The notes beneath the pieces are model-generated. The model worked only from the letters and a program-made list of their open reading frames with translations. It ran no database searches and was not told where the DNA came from. DNA of 64,000 bases from Gemmatimonadota bacterium. Lineage in GTDB: Bacteria; JBHIER01; G020348925. The translations under genes and the position numbers were made by a program. The DNA lies in NCBI GenBank assembly GCA_020348925.1, contig CP070758.1, positions 2,247,688-2,311,687 on the forward strand, written 5' to 3'. Below are positions 1 to 9,581 of this stretch, one piece after another; position 1 is the first letter of the stretch, and each line of letters opens with the position of its first letter.

Positions 1-1898
1 AGAGTGACATATTCTTCGTAAAGTGTCGAACCATGCTGCAGCCCAGAATCCATCACCTGCCCGACGTGAAAATTTTCCAAGACCGCCAGGAGCCCCCCGA
101 GATGATCGGAGTGGGGATGGGTTAAAAGGACGCCATCGACCCTCCGAATGCCTGATTGTCGCAAATACGGTTCAAGGACCCTTTTCCCGCAGTCATAATA
201 GCGGCTCCTCCGTCCGCCGTCAATGAGTAAAGTTTTCCCCTGGGGCGTTCGCAAGAATATGGCATCACCCTGACCCACGTCGAAAAAAGTGACAACCAAT
301 TCGTTCTGGTTCCCACGGACAGCGTAGGTCCATATCCAGCAATTTGCCGCAACGAGAAGGGTAATGATGAGCCAGTGTCCGGCTCGACCGATTCTTTTCA
401 CGTTAACCAGAAGCCCTGTGACACAATAACACCCCAGCACAACGGGCAAGCTCGGTTGGGGGACGCTGAGGGTGGAGAAGGGCAGAGAAGCGAAGAATGT
501 GACTGTGTGAATGAGCCCTGTCAGGGCCAACCAATTGGAAGCATTAAAGAGGAGACCGATGTCAGAACTGAACGGCCCGAAGAGGGAGGCGGCAAAACCC
601 AGGGAGAGAATAAGCCCCACCCACGGTACGACAATCACATTTGCCAGGACAGATACAACAGGAACGCGATAGAAATAGTAGGCCACAATCGGGGCAATGC
701 CCATTTGGGCCGAGAGGGAAACGAGACTCCCTCCCAGGAGCCATCGCCGCCACCAGGTGTGCTGCCTCCGCAGGAACAAGGGCAACCACTCCTTCAGACG
801 GGGATACGCATAGACAATCGAAAGAACAGCCGCAAAGGAGAGTTGAAATCCTGGATCGAAGAGAGCTTGGGGGGAAAAGAGGAGGATGAACAATCCGGCA
901 AAGGCTAAGGTATTCAAAAGATCGACATTTTTCTCCAGTATCAGTCCGGTGAGGACAACGGCAGCCATCAACGACGCCCGCACGACCGGTGCCCTCGAAC
1001 CGGTCACAAATATGTAAAGGAATAGAATTCCGAGGGTACATACGACGGCCCAATTGAAGGAGAGTCTGAATACTCGAAAGAGGTTGAAAAAAATGAAAAC
1101 GACGAGACCGACATGGAGACCCGAGACAGCCAGGACGTGGATCACGCCTGAATCACGAAAGATCTCTTCGATGGATTCAGGTATATTTCTCCGCTCCCCT
1201 AAGAGGATACCCTTCAGCAGCGCCTCCGGTGGACCTGTGAGGTTTCGTTCGATCGTTCGTCTCATTGATTTTCTTATGGGCCAGATGAGTGCCGACAAGA
1301 ATGGGGTTCCCCCTCTACGCTCTATGATTTCCACGTTATTCACTCCCCGCAGAAAGATCAACCCGTATATACTCCTGCGGTTGAGGTAGGCTTTGTAGTC
1401 GAATCCCCCAGGATTTCTGAGACCGTCGGGTTCCTCCAAGCGAGCGTCGAAACGAATGACGTCCCCGTATGAGAATCGGTCAGTCCTCTCTCCCATCGTC
1501 ACTCGAACCTTACCCTCTGCTCGACGCCACTCATGTGCCGTGGCGATCCCTTTGACACTGAGTGTAAAAGTTGTCCGTTCCTCATCGCATTCGGGCAGCG
1601 ATGCGATTTGGCCCACTATCCCCGTGGACGTTGCCTTCCGCAAGAAATTTGAGACGTGTCTCGGCGAAAAGTCGGACGTGCGGAGTTCATAATGAAGGCT
1701 TGAAACCGTTATCACCAGAACGATATATAAGGCAGGATTCCATTTCCCCACGCTCTTTTTGGTCAAAAATATCGTTATCGCGATGAGAAAAAGAAGTGCA
1801 TCCAGGGTGAGGAGAACAAGAATTGGGGGATTGACGAGGTGTCCGAGAATGATTCCCAGGGCAAAGTAGAGTGATAGTTTCAGTGCGGGGCGGTTCAT
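1..1898 (-). CDS. comEC: DNA internalization competence protein ComEC/Rec2 (3' end outside window)
   Basis: Hand translation from ATG at 1898 (MNRPALKLSLYFALGIILG) gives RNPGGFDY, HVLAVSGLHVG, DPGFQLSFAA, FFDVGQGDA and HPHSDHLGG, covering the competence domain and the metallo-beta-lactamase domain. Absent from the ORF track because the stop lies outside the window. Confidence 0.93.
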   Translation of the reverse strand, partial: MNRPALKLSLYFALGIILGHLVNPPILVLLTLDALLFLIAITIFLTKKSVGKWNPALYIVLVITVSSLHYELRTSDFSPRHVSNFLRKATSTGIVGQIASLPECDEERTTFTLSVKGIATAHEWRRAEGKVRVTMGERTDRFSYGDVIRFDARLEEPDGLRNPGGFDYKAYLNRRSIYGLIFLRGVNNVEIIERRGGTPFLSALIWPIRKSMRRTIERNLTGPPEALLKGILLGERRNIPESIEEIFRDSGVIHVLAVSGLHVGLVVFIFFNLFRVFRLSFNWAVVCTLGILFLYIFVTGSRAPVVRASLMAAVVLTGLILEKNVDLLNTLAFAGLFILLFSPQALFDPGFQLSFAAVLSIVYAYPRLKEWLPLFLRRQHTWWRRWLLGGSLVSLSAQMGIAPIVAYYFYRVPVVSVLANVIVVPWVGLILSLGFAASLFGPFSSDIGLLFNASNWLALTGLIHTVTFFASLPFSTLSVPQPSLPVVLGCYCVTGLLVNVKRIGRAGHWLIITLLVAANCWIWTYAVRGNQNELVVTFFDVGQGDAIFLRTPQGKTLLIDGGRRSRYYDCGKRVLEPYLRQSGIRRVDGVLLTHPHSDHLGGLLAVLENFHVGQVMDSGLQHGSTLYEEYVT

Positions 1899-2189
1899 GG
1901 CTGCTGTTCTTCCTGTCGCAACCATCTCTCCCCTGCGTTAAGGTAATACAACTGATGAGGATGTGCAACCTATGAATCGTTCCATTGTGAAAACATTTTC
2001 ATCCTCAATGGAATTCTGCAAGAATCAGGGCATATATTCACCGTCCCCTGAGAGCAAGGTCACCTCAAACATCAATGGAACAATCTCCGTACCGGCGGCT
2101 GTTGCGGAAGCATCCATGACGTGATCGAAAACTTCGATTTAGTAATCCGCAGGATCCTCTCGCATCAATCGCATACCCTCGAAGAGGCC

Positions 2190-2288
2190 GTCATTCCTGG
2201 GCACGCAGAGCCTGCCCGTATTTTATTACGGGGAATCTCAGAGCATGAGGCAGCGGCATGGAGATTCCGGCGCTACGGCCTGAATGAC
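2190..2288. repeat. Pair of REP-like palindromic elements (GTCATTCC...GGAATCTC family)
   Basis: Reverse complement of 2261-2288 matches 32518-32545 at 25/28 nt. A related, interrupted copy in the opposite orientation lies at 2190-2238. Confidence 0.6.
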
Positions 2289-2316
2289 AGACGGAGCGAA
2301 TCTCTCCACAGTGCCA

Positions 2317-4098
2317 TCACGGTCCACAGATATCCAGATCCAGAATATGATTAACCAAGCCCAACGCATCCACGACGTCCACCGCACCATCTGTAGTGCA
2401 ATCGGCCCGACAGGCTTCATCCAAAAATAGCACATGAATTCCCAGCATATGATTGATCACCTTGAGTACGTCAATGATATCGATATATCTGTCACCGTTC
2501 ACATCCCCCATCTCTCCTCCCTGACACCCTACAATCCCCGCACCGTAGAGAGAAACGTGCACTTCCGGATGTTCCGCATCGTTGCATTGTATGATGAGTG
2601 TCGCTTCAAAGGTGTTTTCACCCGATGGAGTGAAGGTTATGATCACATCCTGTGATTCCAAGGCTCCAATGTTCATCTCATTCAAAGAAGAAACAAAGTG
2701 GGAATCGTCCGTTGTGATGTGAGTCACTTCCAGAACACCATCACCGTCATTGGAAATTGTCAGAGTTCGAGGGGACGGACGATCCACCCAGGCAAAGTCC
2801 CATTGCAGCACATCAACATTGAGGCGAATGCGGGGGCTGCCTTGAGTGGAACCCGGTTTTACTCTCCAGGTGTGCACAATGCTTTTATCATTATCAACCA
2901 AAGGTTCAAAGACGTACAACAGGCCCCTGTCGCGGTCGAAACCGGCCGCGCCCACATGATACCACTGCTGGGAGGATTCGATGTGATACAGATACTCATC
3001 AATATTCAGGGCAGCGTACGGCTGAGGTTCGTAGGGCTCCATTTCGCCTCTGGCCACGGCGGCCAGGTCCGCGGGATCGTAAAAGAGTATCTGCCCTTCG
3101 AAACCTGTGCTCCACCAGCCTCTCTCATCGTGAGGAGGGTCAGGCACCGGAGGATAAGGAGGTTCATCAGGCCACACGGTTCCGTCTGCGAACCCATACC
3201 AGCACTCTCCCGTTCCCTTGGTACCGACAAAGATGACGGCCGATCGATCACCAGTCGTTATCCAGGCTCCACCGGACCATTCATCCGAATGATGATATCC
3301 ATTCAGGGTGTACTCATCCGGCGAAGTCACGTCGGTATACAGGAGCAAGGGGGCGGTCTGGAGCTGGCTGCCGGGTGCAGGCGGATTCCCCTCGTTCCAC
3401 GGACCGTAGGCCAACAGGGACGGCCCCCGCGCTCCCTGACCCCCGTCCCTGAAACGGCCCGTGACCAGATACATACCCGGCGTGTGGGCATCAGCCCACA
3501 CCTGAGGGATCTCGAAGATGTAATCCGTGGTGACGTAATTCCAGTAATTCCCGATGCGCCAGGCCCCGGCAGTCTGGGGATTCGAGAGGTCAAGCTCACA
3601 CCAGCCGTGAGAGGGGTTGGTGTCGCCCTGCCCCATGTGCTGCGCCCAGCAAAAGTACAGCTTGCCTTTTATCTGTTCTCCCTGGGCTGGCAGGTATTCC
3701 AGGCCCGCCCGGGGAATCTCGAATTCCGGAAACAGGCCCCCTTTAATATCCTGGAACGGTTGCAAGGTCACGGCTGTGTTCAGTTCGCTCAGATTCTTTG
3801 CCGGCGAGTGAACAGGAACGGGGATCGTGATCTCCGACACGTACTGGTACCAATTGTGACCGGTCCCGAATATGGAGCCGGGATACCCATCATCAGGTCC
3901 TTCCGGATCACCGCCAGGGTAGTAGGCCATGGCCGCCCCGCTCCAGGCCCAGCCTATCTCCTCCAGCTCATCCGGCAGCCTAAAGGCACCCACGTATTCC
4001 AAATCTTCCGGCTGGATGAGCTGGCCTTGGCAGGGTATTATGAAGACCATGACCAGAACACATTCAAGAAGAATCATCTTTTGTTTTCGCATATTCAC
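2317..4098 (-). CDS. Secreted protein: uncharacterised N-terminal domain, Ig-like (ASH/choice-of-anchor D-like) domain, C-terminal dockerin-like module
   Basis: Signal peptide; TLTISNDGDGVLEVT Ig motif; two Ca-loop repeats GDVNGDRYIDIIDV and ADCTTDGAVDVVDA. Confidence 0.8.
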   Translation of the reverse strand: MNMRKQKMILLECVLVMVFIIPCQGQLIQPEDLEYVGAFRLPDELEEIGWAWSGAAMAYYPGGDPEGPDDGYPGSIFGTGHNWYQYVSEITIPVPVHSPAKNLSELNTAVTLQPFQDIKGGLFPEFEIPRAGLEYLPAQGEQIKGKLYFCWAQHMGQGDTNPSHGWCELDLSNPQTAGAWRIGNYWNYVTTDYIFEIPQVWADAHTPGMYLVTGRFRDGGQGARGPSLLAYGPWNEGNPPAPGSQLQTAPLLLYTDVTSPDEYTLNGYHHSDEWSGGAWITTGDRSAVIFVGTKGTGECWYGFADGTVWPDEPPYPPVPDPPHDERGWWSTGFEGQILFYDPADLAAVARGEMEPYEPQPYAALNIDEYLYHIESSQQWYHVGAAGFDRDRGLLYVFEPLVDNDKSIVHTWRVKPGSTQGSPRIRLNVDVLQWDFAWVDRPSPRTLTISNDGDGVLEVTHITTDDSHFVSSLNEMNIGALESQDVIITFTPSGENTFEATLIIQCNDAEHPEVHVSLYGAGIVGCQGGEMGDVNGDRYIDIIDVLKVINHMLGIHVLFLDEACRADCTTDGAVDVVDALGLVNHILDLDICGP

Positions 4099-4140
4099 AA
4101 CCCCTTTCCTCTAATGGTCGGAATCATTCATTGACAGATC

Positions 4141-4299
4141 CTCCCTAACCCTCCTTTTCAAAAGGAGGGGACAATCCCCCCAATCCATTATCCTCCCCCT
4201 TTTTCAAAGGGGGATCGAGGAGGATTAAAATGCTTACCTTTCTCAAAAATGTATCCTCACCTGAAATCCCCCTTTTCCAAAGGGGGATTTAGGGGGATT
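4141..4299. repeat. Cluster of three REP-like hairpins CCCCCTTTT-N2-AAAGGGGG
   Basis: Hairpins at about 4149-4169, 4194-4214 and 4265-4289; a further copy at 8381-8406. Confidence 0.6.
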
Positions 4300-4339
4300 G
4301 AAAAAATAATTTCTTTTCAGACAAGTAAACATCATTCCA

Positions 4340-5489
4340 TCACAGGCATTCTTCAAACCCTAAAATCAATCTTACGATCTTGACGACATCAAGAATATTC
4401 ACAACTCCATCACCATCACAATTCCCCCCAGGTCCGTTGCAATCGGCCCGCCACTCCTCTTCCTCGGTGGGTCCGGTCAACTCCAAAATAATGTTCACGA
4501 CCGAAACCGCATCGAGTATGTCCAGACTGCAATCCCCGTTCACATCACCCTTGGCATCAACGTACTCGATAATCTGTATCGAAAACGATTCCTCATCACT
4601 GTCCTCCAAAACATCTGTGACCCCGATCGTAAACTGGAACGTTCCCGATTCCCCTGGAACACCTGAAAGTGTCCCTGAAGATTCGTCCAGATTCAATCCG
4701 GTTGGCAACCGACCTCCAACAACAGACCACGTATACGGAAGACATCCACCATTCACATTCATTCCTTCATCATACGGACACCCAATTGTGCCGTCAGGAA
4801 GATTTCCATTCGTAATCTCAATCGTCCCGCACTCGCAAATCTGAAAGAAGGTATCACTCGTATCGCAACACGTCGGCTCGGCCGCATCGCAGATTCGTAA
4901 GAGACATTGCGTCGATTGTGTGCTCGGAATAGTCCAGGAATAGCTGCCATCGTCGGACGTACTTTGAACAAGGGACTGCCAGTCGGAGCCACCATCCGTC
5001 GAATACTCGATATCGACACTACCGCTCGTATTTCCATAAGTCCAGAGAATATTTTCACTCTCGCCGACACACCAGTTCTCACTGCCATTCGGAGATGTCA
5101 GTAGAATCTGACAATTGCTTCCTGAGGGTCTGACCGTATTTCGATCCCAATATTGAATAATGACGTCAAGCAAATCACTGGATTCGACATCGGTTGTATT
5201 ACTGGGATTCGGCCCAAAACGTATATTGAACGCATTGACCTCCTCGGTCCACGGTTCCCACGAGGGATCCCAGACCCACAGGGCATGATTCATTCCCCGC
5301 TGCTCGAAGAGGTCCATCTCGTCGTCCATGAAATCATCCCCGTCCGGTATCCAGCGCATCAGTCCGAACTCGTTCACCGACACCGGCACATTATGCGTGC
5401 TTTTATACGTATCAATTATTGTCAGCAATTCCTCCAGCCAGGTCAGATTGAACTGCTCGTCCTGGCCGTCCCAGTCAACATCGCACATC
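4340..5489 (-). CDS. 3' part of a secreted clan-A (GH5-like) glycoside hydrolase with Ig-like domains and a C-terminal dockerin-like module (5' end lost in gap)
   Basis: PVSVNEFG nucleophile-like strand followed by GMNHALWVW; LTSPNGSENW Ig-like domain; GRLPTGLNLD..GTLSGVP (He_PIG-like); dockerin loops GDVNGDCSLDILDA and DGDGVVNILDV. Confidence 0.7.
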
Positions 5490-5589
5490 NNNNNNNNNNN
5501 NNNNNNNNNNNNNNNNNNNNNNNNNNNNNNNNNNNNNNNNNNNNNNNNNNNNNNNNNNNNNNNNNNNNNNNNNNNNNNNNNNNNNNNNN

Positions 5590-6676
5590 CAGCCAGATGG
5601 GTCAAAGCTCGACGGCGTATGCGGGGATCGAGAATAGCAAGAAGACGTCCCTCCAACTGCGATCGCCTTGCCATGGAAACTGTCGCCAGGGATGTCAACT
5701 GAAATTTGGGTAGTGACTGAGCGATCTCAAGGAGCAGACCTGCGTATTCCGATGGCACGGATCCTTGTTCCAGTACCGCATCGTCGCAGGCATGTTCCCG
5801 CTCCTTGAGGAATTGTTGATGGGCGAGCCAGACCAGGGGATTGTACCAGTAGATCACCATGGTTATTTGAGCGAAGAGCTGCATCATGCAGTCCCATCGT
5901 TTCACGTGGGCAAACTCGTGAAGCAGAACAAATCGGCGATGCTCATCGCTCCACGAATCGACTTCGGTGGGCAGAAGAATCGTCGGCCGCAGGAACCCCC
6001 ATGTCATGGGCAAGGTTGTTTTTTCGCTTTTGAGCAGCCGGACCTGCCGTCTCAGTCCGCATTTTTTCTTCAGCGAGTTTGTAAGCTGAAGCCAACCGGA
6101 TTCGGTAACCCTTTGAGCCCGTGAAGCTATTCGCCAGATAAGGATTTTACCCAAAAGTTGTCTTAAAAAAACCACTGCCATGCCCAAGATCCAGATGGAG
6201 ATGAGGATGATGGTTCCATGTGTTTTCATGGTGGTTATCAGGGAGAGGATCACATTCTGTTGTTCCACGGATGGTGGTTCAGTCGGTGTGCTTGTTTTCG
6301 GACTTTCCGTGGTGAAAGTGGCTTGAGCCGTCGAATGTGATTTGCTCTGAGGATCTGTCGATGTTGAAGCGTGATTCTTGTTTGTTTCCTCAGAAACCAG
6401 CGTTTCTAAATTCTGCGGAAGTAACGCAGACAGGATCCCGGGAAGAGTTAGATCCCAGGCCGGCAGGAGAAGATTGAAAAGCGGAAGCAGGAGAAGGGAG
6501 ATCAGGGCCATGCCCCAGATCAGATGTTTAGTGGCCGATGAGGCCCGACGAAGCAGTCCGGTGAGGATAAAGGCGGCCATCAGGACGCACGAGCCTTTTA
6601 TGGTCATGGCCAGAACGAACATCAGTATCATCGTCGATGGGACCGATATCCCGACGGTATTCAGTAAGGGTTCCAT
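5590..6676 (-). CDS. M56-family metallopeptidase, BlaR1/MecR1-like (3' end lost in gap)
   Basis: Transmembrane segments, PMTWGFLRPTILLP, HEFAH zinc motif, YWYNPLVW and REHACD; lies directly downstream of the BlaI-like gene. Confidence 0.9.
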
Positions 6677-6677
6677 G

Positions 6678-7067
6678 TTAGCGTCCCTCCTGTTTGGCTT
6701 GATCGATGAGGTGTTTCAAACGTTCCAGATCTTCGTCCGACAATTCCGACTTAGAGACATTAAGGAGCGCGGCCACGGCCTCCTCGGTGGAGCCGTCGAA
6801 AAAGATCCGGACGAGATGCCTCAGGGCCGACTTTTTAGCTTTCTCCCGGCTCAGTTTGGGGGAGAAGATATAACGCGGACCATCCTGCCGATGCTTCAGA
6901 TGTCCCTTCGTCTCCAGCACCCTGAGCAGAGCCCGCACGGCCGAGTAACTCGGTGGGTCGGGCAGATTGTCCAAGACCTCGGCTGCCGTGGCGCTGCCTT
7001 TCTGATAAATGATGTCCATGATTTGCCGTTCACGACGACTCAAATTATCCTGGGTTTGTTCAGTCAT
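6678..7067 (-). CDS. BlaI/MecI/CopY family transcriptional repressor
   Basis: LSRRERQIMDIIY, PPSYSAVRALLRVLETKG and FFDGS motifs; AAAGGAG RBS ahead of ATG 7067. Confidence 0.92.
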   Translation of the reverse strand: MTEQTQDNLSRRERQIMDIIYQKGSATAAEVLDNLPDPPSYSAVRALLRVLETKGHLKHRQDGPRYIFSPKLSREKAKKSALRHLVRIFFDGSTEEAVAALLNVSKSELSDEDLERLKHLIDQAKQEGR

Positions 7068-7124
7068 TAGACGCTCCTTTTGGACCTTTTGTTGATAGAG
7101 ATTACAAAGAAATACGATCATAAA

Positions 7125-7202
7125 ATGCTAATATTTTAGCATAGTGCTAAAAATATAGCGTTAGGGTTTCAGTGTCAAGAAAAAAATGCTATTATTTTAG
7201 CA
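7125..7202 (-). promoter_or_regulatory. blaI promoter with three palindromic operator boxes TGCTA-N6-TAGC(A/G)
   Basis: Boxes at 7126-7141, 7145-7160 and 7187-7202. Minus-strand TTGACA at 7178-7173 with TATTTT 17 nt downstream, inside box 2. Confidence 0.7.
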
Positions 7203-7626
7203 CAAAGAGAAAGTATTACATTTGGAAAAAGGGAGCTTTCATTGGTTGATCAATACCTTTGGAGCGCATTATCCGTTTGTCTATTCTGAGAGTCATGAGT
7301 GTAAAGAAATACCCCGCGCTTCAAGACAGACCTTGCTTCACTATCTCACATTGTTCTTAAAAACCTCTTTCCATGTTATATTATCGCTTTGCGATAGAAG
7401 TAAGTCTCATTTTTGGTGACATTCTCTTTGTGTATCATGCCCCTACCATAGTCTGACCCCTAGCGACGACTGTATATAGCTCTAAAAATGCACACTTTTG
7501 ATGCCCTGAGTAAAAAACTCGCCCTGTCTTCACAAAACGAAACTTTTCGGATATGTGCTCCTTGAGAAAAGAATCCCCCTGACCCTCAGTGGAAAAGTGG
7601 GAACTTTCGGTTCGTGGAAAAAACAC

Positions 7627-7655
7627 TTGACAAAGCTGTATTTTTTTACTAAAAT
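7627..7655 (+). promoter_or_regulatory. sigma70-type promoter
   Basis: TTGACA-N17-TAAAAT upstream of the gene at 7717. Confidence 0.55.
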
Positions 7656-7716
7656 GGTTTATCAATGTGGATGAAGTTTAGCTTCAGATCGACTCATTAT
7701 GAAAGGAGGGATTCGG

Positions 7717-7974
7717 ATGCCGGAAAAGGTTATTGGAAAAGTTGTCGGATATTTTGCCAAGATCGGGGTGGCGGCGATTGAGATGGAAGGGGAGATGAAA
7801 GTCGGTGATACGGTCCACTTCCACGGACACACAACAGATTTTACCCAAACGGTGGAGTCGATGCAGATCGAGAACGAACCTAAGGAAGAAGTCAAGGCAG
7901 GGGATTCCGTCGGGATGAAGGTGGACGATCGCGTGAGGCCGCATGATGTTGTTTATAAGGTAACTGAGGATTGA
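7717..7974 (+). CDS. Small beta-barrel protein (translation elongation factor-like / peptidase U32 C-terminal-like)
   Basis: IGKVVGYFAKIGVAAI, GHTTDFTQTVESMQIE and GDSVGMKV..RVR motifs; AAAGGAGG RBS. Confidence 0.8.
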   Translation: MPEKVIGKVVGYFAKIGVAAIEMEGEMKVGDTVHFHGHTTDFTQTVESMQIENEPKEEVKAGDSVGMKVDDRVRPHDVVYKVTED

Positions 7975-8014
7975 ATTCTAAATCCAAAACTCAAAATCCA
8001 AAAGATAATAATAG

Positions 8015-8041
8015 AGGTCAGTCGAGAGGCTGGCCTTTTTT
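8015..8041 (+). terminator. Intrinsic terminator after the small protein gene
   Basis: AGGTCAGTC-GAGA-GGCTGGCCT stem-loop followed by a T run. Confidence 0.6.
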
Positions 8042-8044
8042 ATG

Positions 8045-8089
8045 GTCGAAAAGCTTGCCCTGAACGAAGTCGAAGGGTCGAAAGGTCGA
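8045..8089. repeat. REP-like element (CCTGAGC..GTCGAAGG family)
   Basis: Similar copies follow stop codons at about 48724-48756 and 53604-53650. Confidence 0.55.
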
Positions 8090-8507
8090 AAATCGCACGG
8101 GAGCAGAGCAGCACAGGTGCGGAGGAGCAAGGATGCAATTGCCCTGAAACGTGAGATATTGCCCCATCCTGCGGGCGAGCTTTTCCACCCCTCGACAGAA
8201 TCCGGGATGGACCAATTTTTAGACGAATGATTGGAAATGCTGAAAAGAATGCTTGGCAATGCGCGAGAATATCACTAAATTTAGAAAATTTTAATGCTCA
8301 AACGATAGGTGAGAAATCTCAATGACCAGCACCTTGACTGAAATCTTACCATCGAAGGGTAAGATGATGGACCTCCCTTCAATCCTCCTTTTGAAAAAGG
8401 GGGATTTTTTTTGTTCACTACTTCATGCGGGTCAAGGGAAAAATTTTCTATAACCCGTTATCTAATAATGTTTAATAAGGGGATTCTTCGATGGATCGTA
8501 GTGTAAT

Positions 8508-9581
8508 ATGAGGCAGAAAGTGCAATCAGCCAAGCTTGTCCTCAAAGATGGATCCGTTTTCCAAGGACAATCATTTGGCGCCGAGAACGCTGTGGCCGGG
8601 GAAGTTGTCTTTAATACAGGTATGATCGGCTATCCGGAGAGCCTCACGGACCCGTCCTACAGGGGACAGATTCTGGTGCTGACATATCCACTCATAGGCA
8701 ACTACGGAGTCCTCGGGGATGATAGCGAAGAAAATCTTTCAAAGCATTTCGAGTCAGAAAAAATACAAGTTCAGGGTCTCATACTATCCGATTATACCGA
8801 TTCATATTCTCATTGGAACGCCAAGAGATCCCTGTCAGAATGGATGAAGGAGTCCAACATCCCGGGGATATGTGGAATCGATACGAGGGAGCTGACGAAG
8901 AAATTGAGAAAAAAAGGGACAATGCTGGGAAAAATTGTGTATGACTCCGAAAATATTCCTTTCGAAGACCCAAACAGGCGAAACCTGGCTGCAGAAGTGA
9001 GTATCGAAACACCCATCGTTTACAGGAAAAGTGAGAAAAAAGTTGTCCTTGTGGATTGCGGTGCAAAAAACAACATCATCCGGGCTTTTCTCAGGAGAGA
9101 TCTGACCGTTATAAGGGTACCGTGGGATTACGATTTTATGAAAGAGAAAGCCGACGGTATCATACTCTCGAACGGGCCGGGAGATCCGAAAAAATGCGAG
9201 GAGACAATTGAGAATGTCAGAAAGGCCTTGTCTCAGACCACACCAATCCTCGGCATCTGTCTTGGTTCACAGATCTTGGGCCTCGCCGCCGGTGCGGATA
9301 CGTATAAATTGAAGTACGGCCACAGGAGCCAAAATCAGCCGTGCCTGGAGATGGGTACCAAAAGATGCTATATCACCACGCAGAACCACGGTTACACTAT
9401 TGACTCCGAGACATTGCCCGAGGATTGGCGGGAGTGGTTTTTCAATAATAACGACGGGACGAATGAGGGTATTATTCACATTTCAAAACCCTTTTTTGGC
9501 ACACAGTTCCACCCGGAGGCATCGCCTGGACCGGATGACACGGAGTTTCTGTTTGACTTGTTCTTGAGAGCCATGTCATGA
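8508..9581 (+). CDS. carA: Carbamoyl-phosphate synthase small subunit
   Basis: GEVVFNTGMIGYPESLTDPSY, SNGPGDP, GICLG, TTQNHGY and QFHPEASPGP motifs. Confidence 0.98.
   Translation: MRQKVQSAKLVLKDGSVFQGQSFGAENAVAGEVVFNTGMIGYPESLTDPSYRGQILVLTYPLIGNYGVLGDDSEENLSKHFESEKIQVQGLILSDYTDSYSHWNAKRSLSEWMKESNIPGICGIDTRELTKKLRKKGTMLGKIVYDSENIPFEDPNRRNLAAEVSIETPIVYRKSEKKVVLVDCGAKNNIIRAFLRRDLTVIRVPWDYDFMKEKADGIILSNGPGDPKKCEETIENVRKALSQTTPILGICLGSQILGLAAGADTYKLKYGHRSQNQPCLEMGTKRCYITTQNHGYTIDSETLPEDWREWFFNNNDGTNEGIIHISKPFFGTQFHPEASPGPDDTEFLFDLFLRAMS

Noticed and set aside
4340-6676. 778-aa ORF appearing to fuse a BlaR1-like peptidase to a glycoside hydrolase/dockerin
   Set aside because: It reads through a 100-N gap. 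The two sides are unrelated gene fragments, so the fusion is unsupported.
8015-8041. Possible PyrR-binding attenuator upstream of carA (CAGTCGAGAGGCTG)
   Set aside because: It is two nucleotides short of the AGUCCAGAGAGGCU consensus, about 470 nt from carA, and positioned as an ordinary terminator 40 nt after the upstream gene.
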